From the IMG/VR virus record IMGVR_UViG_3300042887_001434, positions 3,021 to 67,020 of that record: a stretch of DNA of 64,000 bases. One strand, written 5' to 3'. This document shows, piece after piece, positions 32,586 to 41,881 of the stretch. The notes below the pieces were generated by a model. That model saw only the letters and a program-made list of their open reading frames with translations. It did no database searches and was not told where the DNA came from. The stretch's first letter is position 1; the number at the start of each line of letters is the position of its first letter. Source of the stretch: a virus. The translations under genes and the position numbers were made by a program.

Positions 32586-34882
32586 ACAAAATCCTTTGTA
32601 ATTTCTACTGTAATAGCTTCAACTTTAACGAACCCCCATTTATAAATCTCAACATTAGATGAAAATAAATAATTTCCCAAAGGAAAACTTGATGCTTCTG
32701 CCAATTTACCATTTATCATTACTTTTGTTGGTTCTAAAGTCATTGGTCTTATACCATAAGTTGGTTCCAATTTAGAACTGCCAGTTTTTCCAAACGATTC
32801 TTCTTTAATAGTTATTTTCCCATGGAGTGTTGTTGGTATATTAACAGAATTTGCACTAACATTAACGTCTATAGATGATCCTCCCCCCTTCCCTGAAGCA
32901 ACACCATTAATGCTTACGGATTCACTTGTCGATGCATTGAATGTTTCTGATTTTCCACCACTAATAACAACAATGTTTTCTGTTCTTTCTTGCATGTAAG
33001 GCCAAGGTTTATACTTGCCTATGATTGATGAGGGAGGAAATCCTTTTTTAATAAAAAATTTCACTCTACCTGATGCTGGTTTTTCAGGAAATGATCCGCT
33101 GGAAGCTGGGACTGTAAATGTATTTGAATCTACTGCTTCTGGAATTCCACTAAATGCATAACTGAATAATCCACCAGCATCACCTGTAGCTGTGCCTTCA
33201 CAAAAGTTAACTAAATTTGTAACTCCATGTGGTGAAACTGTTGTTACATATAACTTTCCGCTATCAGATTTAACAGATGATATTGCGATTGAATATTCGG
33301 TTGATCTTTTATTATATAGTTCAAAGTTATTTAAAATATCTAAAATATTTTCTTCTGAACTTCTTGCTTCAAATACTTTCATAAAGAAAATATGTTTGTA
33401 TGCTTTTATTGCCCCATTAAAACCTTTTTGAATGTTGAAATAAAGATCTCCATTTATTCCATATGAGTTTTTAGATGATCCAGATGAACTTAAACTAAAA
33501 CTTCCACTTGTTACACTTTGACTAGTATCAAAGGAATCACCCTCTCCATAACTTTTACCCCAATAAACAGTTATGCCTAAAAGTTGATCTGGAAGTTGTA
33601 TTTGTTGTGTTACTTGTGTTTTTAACCACAGAGATAAAAGTGCATTACCAACTCTTTCTTGGTCAATAGCTTTCTCTACACTCTTCCAATTATCCAATGG
33701 TTTATATGATTTATTTGCTAAAGAAGCCCAATCTGAAGCATCTAAATATGCGCTTGGTTTTACAACTGTTTCTGTATAATAAATCCCAAGTCCAAGTTGA
33801 TCATCATAATCAACGCCATAATTTTTAGGCCACTTTTCAACTTCTATAATTTCTTTTTCTGATTTTGCAGAATCAATTGAAGTTATTGTTTCTTTTATTG
33901 TTCTTAATGCTTTATCTGGAGAAGATGTTGGAAGTGATGGAATGGTTCCTTTTGCAACGATTGATTTAGTTACATTTGCTTTTACTAAACCAACTGGAGA
34001 ATCAACCATTGAATCAACTGAAAGCGCACTTGGACCAGTTGATGTTACTGTTCTTTTTCTAGCTTTTGTTTTTGAGGTTTGTTCAACTGAAGAAGATATT
34101 ACAGTTGTAGATAATGCATCAGGCAATGTTGTTGGATCAACGATATTATCAGTGATAAAAGTCTCTCCAAGTAACCCTGCTTTTTTTTCTTTAGAAGTAA
34201 GTGTTGAGTGACTAGGAACAGTAGCTGTAGTTTTTGTTCCTTTGCTTACATCTTCTTTTATAACTTGAGATTGAGTAACAAGTAGTCCATCTGAATCTGG
34301 TAGGGTATCAGGTGATACTTGCTGACTAATTACTTCCTCTAAATCACCACGCTCGTTATATCTAAGGCTATTTATCTCTGGACCTTGAAGTGTCTCAAAT
34401 ACACGAACTACCTTTATATACTTTGAATCAAGTTCCCCTTCACTTCTTTGAACTTCTTCCTCAACAAGTAACGCTGTTGGATATACATCATCTGGAGTTA
34501 AGTCAGGCACAGGAACATAACCCTCCCTCGGAAGAATATACGTCCTAATGTAAATAGGATGACTCTGTGAACCTCCGCTATACTTAATAGCGTAATTATA
34601 GCTATCTTGATTTACCCTATCATTTACCCATATGCGTTTGATCCATTCTCCATCTGCACTAACTGGATCTTGGAAAACAAGTTTATGATCTGGGTGACTT
34701 CCCTGCATTGAGGCGTGAGGTGCCTCATCCCACTTAACTCCGTAATCTAATGCCTTATAATCACCCTTCCATGCATTAACAATCTCTGTAATTACTACAT
34801 CGTCAATTACTGGCGTAGGAAAAGATTTAATTCCCTTCCCTGGTGCTTGTGGCATAGGAGGCTTATTAGTTACTGGAGTCAT
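32582..34882 (-). CDS. Large beta-rich structural (tail) protein
   Basis: 766 aa, Ser/Thr-rich beta character, in the structural operon. Confidence 0.6.
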   Translation of the reverse strand: MTPVTNKPPMPQAPGKGIKSFPTPVIDDVVITEIVNAWKGDYKALDYGVKWDEAPHASMQGSHPDHKLVFQDPVSADGEWIKRIWVNDRVNQDSYNYAIKYSGGSQSHPIYIRTYILPREGYVPVPDLTPDDVYPTALLVEEEVQRSEGELDSKYIKVVRVFETLQGPEINSLRYNERGDLEEVISQQVSPDTLPDSDGLLVTQSQVIKEDVSKGTKTTATVPSHSTLTSKEKKAGLLGETFITDNIVDPTTLPDALSTTVISSSVEQTSKTKARKRTVTSTGPSALSVDSMVDSPVGLVKANVTKSIVAKGTIPSLPTSSPDKALRTIKETITSIDSAKSEKEIIEVEKWPKNYGVDYDDQLGLGIYYTETVVKPSAYLDASDWASLANKSYKPLDNWKSVEKAIDQERVGNALLSLWLKTQVTQQIQLPDQLLGITVYWGKSYGEGDSFDTSQSVTSGSFSLSSSGSSKNSYGINGDLYFNIQKGFNGAIKAYKHIFFMKVFEARSSEENILDILNNFELYNKRSTEYSIAISSVKSDSGKLYVTTVSPHGVTNLVNFCEGTATGDAGGLFSYAFSGIPEAVDSNTFTVPASSGSFPEKPASGRVKFFIKKGFPPSSIIGKYKPWPYMQERTENIVVISGGKSETFNASTSESVSINGVASGKGGGSSIDVNVSANSVNIPTTLHGKITIKEESFGKTGSSKLEPTYGIRPMTLEPTKVMINGKLAEASSFPLGNYLFSSNVEIYKWGFVKVEAITVEITKDFV

Positions 34883-34916
34883 AAAACTTATACTATATTG
34901 TTAACAATTATCTTAT

Positions 34917-35132
34917 TCAAGAGTAATTTTTAGCTGAGTCGCAACATCCGCTTATTCTTTTAGCTGATGTTGGGTGAGATTTTTCATGTCTTAAAAATAA
35001 CTCTTTAGCATAATGTTCATTATTTTGATTATTAGAAATGCATCGTTCACACATTTTATATGATGGCATACCACCATACATTCTTAGACCACATACTGGT
35101 TGAGTTTTTTCGTTTCTAAAATTACATTTCAT
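34917..35132 (-). CDS. Small Cys-rich protein
   Basis: MKCNF...CGLRMYGGMPSYKMCERC...SGCCD; ATG at 35132 overlaps the upstream stop. Confidence 0.6.
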   Translation of the reverse strand: MKCNFRNEKTQPVCGLRMYGGMPSYKMCERCISNNQNNEHYAKELFLRHEKSHPTSAKRISGCCDSAKNYS

Positions 35133-35725
35133 TGTGCAGGAGTAAATGTTGCTATTAAATTTGATGTTGATGTATTGGAATAACCAGGTAATCCCATCCA
35201 TCCAGGAAGCCAATTAGATATTAATTGAATATTATTCCCATCAATGTTTGCTGTTGGAGTACCTTGTCCTGTTCCTCCAGAATTATTACATGTTACAGTT
35301 CCTTCATTAAAAGGAACACCACCACATAAATATATATAAAAATTTACTCCTGATCTTCCTAAATTATAACTTATACCATATGATTGTTGATAGGAAATAT
35401 CACCTGGAGTTCCATTATTTTCAATGTATGTAACTATACTTTTAAATGATTCATAATGTGAAAAATTACATCCATACGATTGAACACTAAAACTTCCGCC
35501 TGAAGTTCCATTTGAAGAATTTCCAGTTGATGTTGATTCTTGAATCGTAACAGTTCCAGAAACATTCCATGTTCCACCCTTATAATAATTATCGTACTCT
35601 TCTTTTGTTATTTGAAAAACATTTACTCCAGAAGTTGGCCCATTACAAACAACACAACACTCACAACTTACCTTATTGTTTTTTAATATAACTTTACCAT
35701 CAGAATTTAATTTTACAGTAGCCAT
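35129..35725 (-). CDS. Hypothetical structural protein
   Basis: N-terminus MATVKLNSDGKVILKNNKVSCECC followed by a Gly/Ser/Thr beta-rich domain. Confidence 0.65.
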   Translation of the reverse strand: MATVKLNSDGKVILKNNKVSCECCVVCNGPTSGVNVFQITKEEYDNYYKGGTWNVSGTVTIQESTSTGNSSNGTSGGSFSVQSYGCNFSHYESFKSIVTYIENNGTPGDISYQQSYGISYNLGRSGVNFYIYLCGGVPFNEGTVTCNNSGGTGQGTPTANIDGNNIQLISNWLPGWMGLPGYSNTSTSNLIATFTPAQ

Positions 35726-36591
35726 TAATATGATTTAACTAATTCATGTAATGAATCAACATTACATTGTATATTATTCATAGTCAAGTATGCCCGTGCT
35801 ATTGTTACGCATACAAGTTTATCTCTTGAATGGAAGTCATAACCATTAACAGTTATTTTATATCCATGTTTTGGTGTTTCAATTTTATAATCAAATACCC
35901 TTCCTTTATGCGTGAATGTAAAGTTGCCATCTATGACATGAACTTTATTTCCCCTGTGATAAACGCAGTCAAAAGCGTATAGACAACATTCCTGAACGCA
36001 GTCATGCTTTAATCCTTCGCAAATAGCCATTGGAGAGCTTTGATTCCCAAAGTAGATGTCGCACCCATTAATAGCTTCAGCAACGTCATACAGGTCTATT
36101 GTGTGATAATAATCCACGTTCCCAAATTCACGGGTGAATTCCTTATGTTCTTCAGGAAGTCCAATAAAAACAATATCGCTCCCGTATTGTTCAACAATAT
36201 CTCTCCAAGGAAAGTTTTCACCATGCCATCTAGGGCATCTACCTACAATAATCTTTCCTTTTGTATAAGGAGTTTTGTCGGAAATACGTATACTTTTTTC
36301 CGACATATCTACGTGGACGTTAACCCATCTAGCTATCTTGGATGCAATAGTTTCACCATACTTGTTACCCGCACTGCGGTAAGTTGATAGATCATAGTCA
36401 ATTTTCTCTCCTTTATGTTCTCTAACTTTTATACCTTGACTCTCAAGTATCCTATCAAATGCACCGATCCTATTAACGATTGGTTTAGTCCAGGGTCTAT
36501 CTGCAATAAACAAGGACTCTACACCAAGTTTGTGTAGCGTTGGAATTGAATAGATAATGTCTCCTATGCAGCCTGAATGGAATGCGTTCAT
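35725..36591 (-). CDS. GT9-like glycosyltransferase, paralog of 12380-13327
   Basis: FHSGCIGDIIYSIP, VFIGLPEE, YFGNQSSPMAICEGLKHD. Confidence 0.75.
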   Translation of the reverse strand: MNAFHSGCIGDIIYSIPTLHKLGVESLFIADRPWTKPIVNRIGAFDRILESQGIKVREHKGEKIDYDLSTYRSAGNKYGETIASKIARWVNVHVDMSEKSIRISDKTPYTKGKIIVGRCPRWHGENFPWRDIVEQYGSDIVFIGLPEEHKEFTREFGNVDYYHTIDLYDVAEAINGCDIYFGNQSSPMAICEGLKHDCVQECCLYAFDCVYHRGNKVHVIDGNFTFTHKGRVFDYKIETPKHGYKITVNGYDFHSRDKLVCVTIARAYLTMNNIQCNVDSLHELVKSY

Positions 36592-36779
36592 TTATACCTA
36601 GTCTTTCCAGCCCGATCAATTCGATCTGTCATCTCAACAACCTTATGCGCCAGCATTATCATTGTGGTTTCTGGATTGTAGTTCCCACTTGCGCGATTGA
36701 AGCACCACTTGGATAGAGAGGACATGCACTCGCTGAGTTTACGTTTCATAGCTTGTTCAGAGCTTTGTGTTTTGTTCAT
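36588..36779 (-). CDS. Small hypothetical protein
   Basis: MNKTQSSEQAMKRKL; 4-nt overlap with the GT9 start. Confidence 0.55.
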   Translation of the reverse strand: MNKTQSSEQAMKRKLSECMSSLSKWCFNRASGNYNPETTMIMLAHKVVEMTDRIDRAGKTRYK

Positions 36780-36858
36780 CGCAGTTATTGTTAAACAATT
36801 TTTTAAAAAAATCAAGTTGACATTTTGTTTAGTGCTGATAATTTGAATTCATCTTACT

Positions 36859-36940
36859 TGAATCATTACAGGATTCAGAACAATTTTTCCCCGCAAAAAT
36901 CCCGTCTTGATACTGTAATTATCAAGGCGGGTTTTTCTTT
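36859..36940 (+). promoter_or_regulatory. Leader with two hairpins having complementary loops; second is terminator-like
   Basis: TGAATC-ATTACAG-GATTCA then CCCGTCTTGATA-CTGTAAT-TATCAAGGCGGG-TTTTTCTTT; TTGACA at 36817-36822 upstream. Confidence 0.7.
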
Positions 36941-37280
36941 CGCATGAAGCTACGGCAGTTCCCGAAATGAGCCTGTAAAATAAGATGAGTGTAGCACGGC
37001 AGGGTTCTATCCCCTGACTATGGAACAAACCTGTAAAGGACTCCCGTGTGAAGGAGAGGTGTTGGAAGGGTTAATAGACTACCAACTTAATACGCTCTTT
37101 CCGAAAGGAAGGAGATTGCGAATCAGACTGACTCTCACCGAAAGGTGTAAACTAAGTAAAGCTAGGATAAGGACGACCTCTGGCTGAGTGATTCATAAAA
37201 GCATACGAACGGCTCCATACGAACAAGGAGGTATGATTTTAGCAGTTTCTTTTGGTAGGAACTGCTATGCACCAAACTCA
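36941..37280 (+). ncRNA. Candidate structured non-coding RNA (family unknown)
   Basis: No substantial ORF; GAAA-tetraloop hairpins at 37095-37114 and 37136-37147; further stems including 37240-37267. Confidence 0.45.
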
Positions 37281-37302
37281 CCACCAAATAAGGATATTGA
37301 TA

Positions 37303-37692
37303 ATGACATGGCATAAATACGCAATGAATATAGCTGAAGCTGTTTCATTGAAATCTAAAGATCCGTGGAAGAAAGTAGGCGCAGTTCTACTTCGTCACGA
37401 TAACTCAATCGCATCTGTAGGATACAATGGATTCCCGCAAGGGATGAAAGAAGATTGGTCATGCAGGGATAGACGTAGAATTTACGTTGTCCACGCAGAA
37501 CAAAATGCATTAAGATACGTTAGACCTAATGAATGTTACATGGCTGCATGTACACTTCTCCCATGTAGAGATTGCCTTCGTGCATTTGCAGGATACGGAA
37601 TAAAGAAAGTATACTACAAGGAAGTATACTTAAACGATACAATAGCGTTAGAAGTTGCTAGTGATTTTGGAATTACGTTAATTAAAACTTAA
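37303..37692 (+). CDS. dCMP deaminase
   Basis: SKDP..KVGA, GYNG, HAEQNA, PCRDC zinc motifs; ATG at 37303 preferred. Confidence 0.92.
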   Translation: MTWHKYAMNIAEAVSLKSKDPWKKVGAVLLRHDNSIASVGYNGFPQGMKEDWSCRDRRRIYVVHAEQNALRYVRPNECYMAACTLLPCRDCLRAFAGYGIKKVYYKEVYLNDTIALEVASDFGITLIKT

Positions 37693-37709
37693 CGCTTATT
37701 TTTATATCT

Positions 37710-38108
37710 CTAATATCTCCGTTCGTCAGGAGAACGATTAATAGTTGTTGTTTTTTCGTAAGGAGAACGATTAAAAGTTTTATTACTATTTATTCCTCCA
37801 CCACCACCACCACGTCCTCCACCACCACCCATTGGCGAGTAACCAAATGCTCCGTATTTTTGTTGAAAACCAGTTTCACTTAACCAAGAATCTTTTTGTG
37901 ATGGATCTAACCCCTTGGATTTATTTGGGTCCGATGCTATGCTCCTTTGCTCATTTGAACGCTTTAGATCTGATTCATATTGAGCACCAGTCCTAGCATA
38001 ATATGTTTTTAAATCTTCATTTGGTCTAATTGGATTTTTAGCAAATGCTTTTTGCTTTTCTTCTTCAGATATTCTGTTGTACGAATTATTTATATAAGAT
38101 CCTAACAT
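37710..38108 (-). CDS. Low-complexity hypothetical protein
   Basis: 132 aa with a Gly run and a NRSP repeat. Confidence 0.55.
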   Translation of the reverse strand: MLGSYINNSYNRISEEEKQKAFAKNPIRPNEDLKTYYARTGAQYESDLKRSNEQRSIASDPNKSKGLDPSQKDSWLSETGFQQKYGAFGYSPMGGGGGRGGGGGGINSNKTFNRSPYEKTTTINRSPDERRY

Positions 38109-38321
38109 AATTTTTAATAGTTTAATTTTCCAAGTTCGCTTGCCTTAACTTTTCCTGTGATTCTATTTTTTGTAAATCCTTTTTTTCCTTTTGCTTGCTC
38201 TTTAGTTATAAATGCTGCACTATCTTTTGTATCACGATAGGGGAACGGCAAACCCATCTTGTCGTAAGATTTTTCAATAGAATTCTTTTTCATTATTTAA
38301 GCATATAACATTTACACAATT

Positions 38322-38570
38322 ATGAGTAAAGAGGAATTATTTAAACTTTATTTAAAAAAAACTCCAGCATTATCTGAAGATAAAATTACTTTCACTAAAG
38401 CTGGATTAAAGAAATTCTTTGAAACAACGTATGAGGTTGCTTACAAACAAGGTTTCCGTCAGATGCCAGAAAGCGACGAAGATCTTGATGAAGATGTTGG
38501 CTACACTCCACATCACAAGAATTCCTCAAAGGGATTAGATGACTTGATGAAAATATTTAAAATGAGTTGA
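38322..38570 (+). CDS. Hypothetical protein
   Basis: 82-aa ORF upstream of dnaB. Confidence 0.6.
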   Translation: MSKEELFKLYLKKTPALSEDKITFTKAGLKKFFETTYEVAYKQGFRQMPESDEDLDEDVGYTPHHKNSSKGLDDLMKIFKMS

Positions 38571-38595
38571 CATGCTTCACGGCACTACATATAGT
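38567..38595 (+). promoter_or_regulatory. Sigma70-type promoter for dnaB
   Basis: TTGACA-N17-TATAGT ending 10 nt before ATG 38606. Confidence 0.7.
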
Positions 38596-38605
38596 GCATA
38601 CGAAC

Positions 38606-39871
38606 ATGAACACAATACTACCACACGACATGGAGGCAGAGAAAGGTTTTCTCTCTTCCGCAATGCAAGATATAAGAGTCATAGAGAAGACAATAGAGAA
38701 GTTAACTCCTGAGTTCTTTTACTTCGATAGTCACAAAATAATCTGGAATGCAATTAGCCAAATGTGGCTAGATAAAAATCCAGTTGATATGCTGACTGTC
38801 ATTTCTTTTTTGCGATCATCTGGAGAACTAGACAGGATCGGTGGAGATCACTATGTCTCTGAGTTATATACTATCGTTTATAGCTCAGCTAACTGGACAT
38901 CATACTTTGAGACGATTAAGGATTGCATGGTACGTAGAAAGATTCTTTCTGTGTGCAAGCGCATGATGAACGATGCTGTTGACCGCACAAAAGATCCAAT
39001 CGAGCTACAAGAAGAAGCAAGCAAGGACATTGTTTCGATGTCATCAACTAGGACTGAAGTAAAACATATCGGAGATGTTTTAAACTCCTGCATCAATCGT
39101 TGGGAGGAAGCTGCTGTTACGAATGGGGCAGTCAATCGTGGACACTCATCTGGATTTATGAAGTGGGATATGGCAACCAGAGGGTTTCGCCCACGCACAC
39201 TTCATATCATTGCTGGAGCAGCTAAGGCTGGAAAGACTACATCATCGCTACAGATGGTAACAAACTCAGCATTCAATGACGATGTTCCAGTAGCTATCAT
39301 CAGCATGGAGATGTCCGCTGAAGAATTGGTTGACAAGTATATTGCAGCTACAAGCAGGATTGCTTTAAGCGATCTTCTCGATGGCAAGTTAAAGAACGAA
39401 GACCACAAGAAGTTATCAGCAGCTATCAACAAATCATCTAAGTTGCCGATATACATCGTAGATGAAGCGTCAATGACTGTAGCACAATTTAAAGCTCGCT
39501 GCCGTAGGTTGGTCACAGAACAGAAGGTAGATATCATAATGGTCGATTACGCTCAATTAATGGAGGCATCTGGAGATCCCAAGAATCGTGAACGTGAAGT
39601 AGCGGAAGTTAGCCGCACTGCAAAGATCATCTCAAAAGAATTGAATGTTTGTATTGTATTGTTAGCTCAGTTGAACGAGAATGGTTCAGTACGTGAATCA
39701 AGAACATTCTACATGGATTGCGATAGTTTTACCAAGGTAATACCAGATGAAGAGAAGCGTGATGACCCATATGCATATATCATGCACGTCACTCATAACA
39801 GGCATGGTGGGACTCCAATGATTCCATTCAAGTTTATCAAGCACCAAGCTAGGTTTGAGGAACAGATATAA
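38606..39871 (+). CDS. dnaB: Replicative DNA helicase, DnaB family
   Basis: LPHDMEAEK N-domain, Walker A GAAKAGKT, SMEM, IMVDYAQL, LLAQLN, HNRHG. Confidence 0.95.
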   Translation: MNTILPHDMEAEKGFLSSAMQDIRVIEKTIEKLTPEFFYFDSHKIIWNAISQMWLDKNPVDMLTVISFLRSSGELDRIGGDHYVSELYTIVYSSANWTSYFETIKDCMVRRKILSVCKRMMNDAVDRTKDPIELQEEASKDIVSMSSTRTEVKHIGDVLNSCINRWEEAAVTNGAVNRGHSSGFMKWDMATRGFRPRTLHIIAGAAKAGKTTSSLQMVTNSAFNDDVPVAIISMEMSAEELVDKYIAATSRIALSDLLDGKLKNEDHKKLSAAINKSSKLPIYIVDEASMTVAQFKARCRRLVTEQKVDIIMVDYAQLMEASGDPKNREREVAEVSRTAKIISKELNVCIVLLAQLNENGSVRESRTFYMDCDSFTKVIPDEEKRDDPYAYIMHVTHNRHGGTPMIPFKFIKHQARFEEQI

Positions 39872-39912
39872 TTTGCGGTATATATCAACATTAAAGTAAT
39901 AAGCATCAAAAG

Positions 39913-40110
39913 ATGACAAATATGAAAACATATAAGATAAAATATAACTCAGAAAAAAACTTGTTCTCTGGAGAGTTGTTTACCAAAGCAAACGAACCTA
40001 GCGTTGCAATGGGTACATTCTTTGATTGGCTAAAAGAGCAATCTGTTTGGAAGCATCTTTGGAGAATCAACATTGAAATTGAAGAGATTAAGAATGGAGA
40101 ATGGATATGA
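39913..40110 (+). CDS. Hypothetical protein
   Basis: Small ORF in a tightly packed plus-strand run. Confidence 0.55.
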   Translation: MTNMKTYKIKYNSEKNLFSGELFTKANEPSVAMGTFFDWLKEQSVWKHLWRINIEIEEIKNGEWI

Positions 40111-40394
40111 GTGACACACCAGAAACGGATTCAATGGTTGACCCGCATTTATACAATTTTGTTCGTGCAAAATTCGCTCGCAAGTTAGAACGCGAGCGCG
40201 ACGAGGCTTTATCACAGATTGTTCAGGCTGAGTGCCGTGCAGAACGATTTTGCCAAGAACGTGATGAGGCTAGGAATGATATTGTTGGATGGGAAAATAA
40301 ATGGAAATGTGCTGTAGATATGGCAGCGAGAGCATCAATTGAACGTGATGATGCATTAAATAAAATAAAAGAATTAAACGACATATTACGATAA
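40101..40394 (+). CDS. Hypothetical coiled-coil protein (TPETD...FARKLERERDEA)
   Basis: ERD[ED]A motif three times; paralogous to the next gene. Confidence 0.65.
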   Translation: MDMSDTPETDSMVDPHLYNFVRAKFARKLERERDEALSQIVQAECRAERFCQERDEARNDIVGWENKWKCAVDMAARASIERDDALNKIKELNDILR

Positions 40395-40588
40395 TGTACA
40401 ATACACCAGAAACAGATAAGGAAACTGAATCACAGAAAGATCCAGCATTACGTGGGAAATATGTTCCCGTTAAATTTGCTCGTAGCTTAGAGAAAGATGT
40501 ATATAATTTAACTGATCAAAGGGATTTTTGTATGGAAATTATAGATAAGCTAGAAAAAAGAATTGAATCTTTGAGGGGGAACAAATGA
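40394..40588 (+). CDS. Hypothetical protein, paralog of the upstream gene
   Basis: TPETD...VKFARSLEKD. Confidence 0.6.
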   Translation: MYNTPETDKETESQKDPALRGKYVPVKFARSLEKDVYNLTDQRDFCMEIIDKLEKRIESLRGNK

Positions 40589-40896
40589 CAAAACAAGAAG
40601 CAATACAGGATCAGATAGACAATATCATGGACACATTTGAATTCGATAGAGTTCAAACTGTAATGACCGCATTAGACTGGAAATGGTATTCACATGAAGA
40701 TATTCCAGGAATAGTTGAGATCAGGCAGAGTGCAAGGAAGACTCTAAATGTTTTAAAGGGAGATTACAGGACATCTGGTTCTGGTGGATTTACTGCAACT
40801 AAAGAATGCGGAGAAGATGACGGGAAACCTTGGGTTAGAATATCTTTGTTCTTTGGACTAGAAGAATCTGGAGATGGAGTATCATATGACAAGTAA
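40585..40896 (+). CDS. Hypothetical phage protein
   Basis: IDNIMDTFEFDRVQTVMTALDWKW...SGGF.A; coupled start/stop. Confidence 0.65.
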   Translation: MTKQEAIQDQIDNIMDTFEFDRVQTVMTALDWKWYSHEDIPGIVEIRQSARKTLNVLKGDYRTSGSGGFTATKECGEDDGKPWVRISLFFGLEESGDGVSYDK

Positions 40897-41074
40897 GAAA
40901 AAGTTCTATGATTCTGACCACGGAGAGAGACAATCCTACGTTATGGTTAACAATAACTGGATACCAGTAAGTGAGACAGAGTTCTTGAATATCGAGGAAG
41001 ACCTACAGGGGTACGACCTAATGACATTCAAATACAAGGGGAAGCAATATCGGTCCCGTGTGACTATCAGATGA
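40874..41074 (+). CDS. Hypothetical protein
   Basis: Overlapping small ORF in the operon; true start may be 40886. Confidence 0.55.
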   Translation: MEYHMTSKKKFYDSDHGERQSYVMVNNNWIPVSETEFLNIEEDLQGYDLMTFKYKGKQYRSRVTIR

Positions 41075-41274
41075 ATACACTAGAACATTATGTTAGGGTA
41101 AGGAAGCTAAACGCTGATAGCATCATGGATCAGTTGCAGGATAATGGGGTAATTAGTGATGAATGTATTAAACCATATGATGTTATTGATTCAGGGAAAG
41201 CAGTTGCTTGGCTAGAACGAATGGACATTGGAAAAGTTTCTTTAGATATTGGTGAAAAAAAATTTGATTTTTAG
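41071..41274 (+). CDS. Hypothetical protein
   Basis: ATGA overlap with the upstream ORF. Confidence 0.55.
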   Translation: MNTLEHYVRVRKLNADSIMDQLQDNGVISDECIKPYDVIDSGKAVAWLERMDIGKVSLDIGEKKFDF

Positions 41275-41297
41275 CATATATAGTGCATACTTATGTG

Positions 41298-41427
41298 AGT
41301 AGGCAGATTGATTTACGGATGACTAGCAAAAGAAATTTTATATACTAGCACATCGAGGTCGGGGAGTTTTTAAACTCATAACCTTTGGAACCCGAATCTG
41401 ACGAGGTGGTATACCGCCTTTCCTACT
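41298..41427 (+). ncRNA. Candidate multi-stem structured RNA or leader
   Basis: Nested pairings AGTAGG/CCTACT, CAGATT/AATCTG, GATG-CTAG/CTAG-CATC, CGGG/CCCG, GAGTTT/AAACTC, GGTGG/CCGCC; begins just after a TTGATT...CATACT promoter-like site. Confidence 0.5.
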
Positions 41428-41440
41428 TTACAATTTTAAC

Positions 41441-41620
41441 ATGAAAACCAAGACATACACTGAAAGGCATCGTAATGGAAAGGGCGATAAGCCAAGACCT
41501 GGGACGTATGGTAAGCAATACCAAGAAAACTGGGATGCTATCGACTGGTCTAGGAACAAGAAGGACAAGTCCATTAAATCTAAAAGAGATCTTGGTGCTA
41601 CATTAGATGACTTTGAGTAG
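41441..41620 (+). CDS. Small phage protein
   Basis: 59 aa, GKGDKPRP...YQENWDAIDW; below the ORF track cutoff. Confidence 0.65.
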   Translation: MKTKTYTERHRNGKGDKPRPGTYGKQYQENWDAIDWSRNKKDKSIKSKRDLGATLDDFE

Positions 41621-41881
41621 CACAGACTTTATAAAGCAAAACAAAATCGTTTGGATCGGAAATGAAGAACGTGCTTTATAAATCACTACTGTTTTACTCG
41701 GTGGGAGCAGTGATTCGCGCCCTTTATTCAGAGCAAAAAAACGAGAACTTAATTTCAAACTCACTCGGATGTTTAACTTCCCTCAAAAGTTACTGCCAAC
41801 ATGAATTAACATGTGAGCCTAGGTGACGATCTAGGTAAGAGTGCCTACTTTAGTTTAGAAAACATTAACAATATTCCTTCT

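Noticed and set aside
41398-41427. Hammerhead ribozyme (CTGACGA followed by a stem)
   Set aside because: The stem is followed by TTTC, not the required GAAA, and the reverse strand has the core elements in the wrong order
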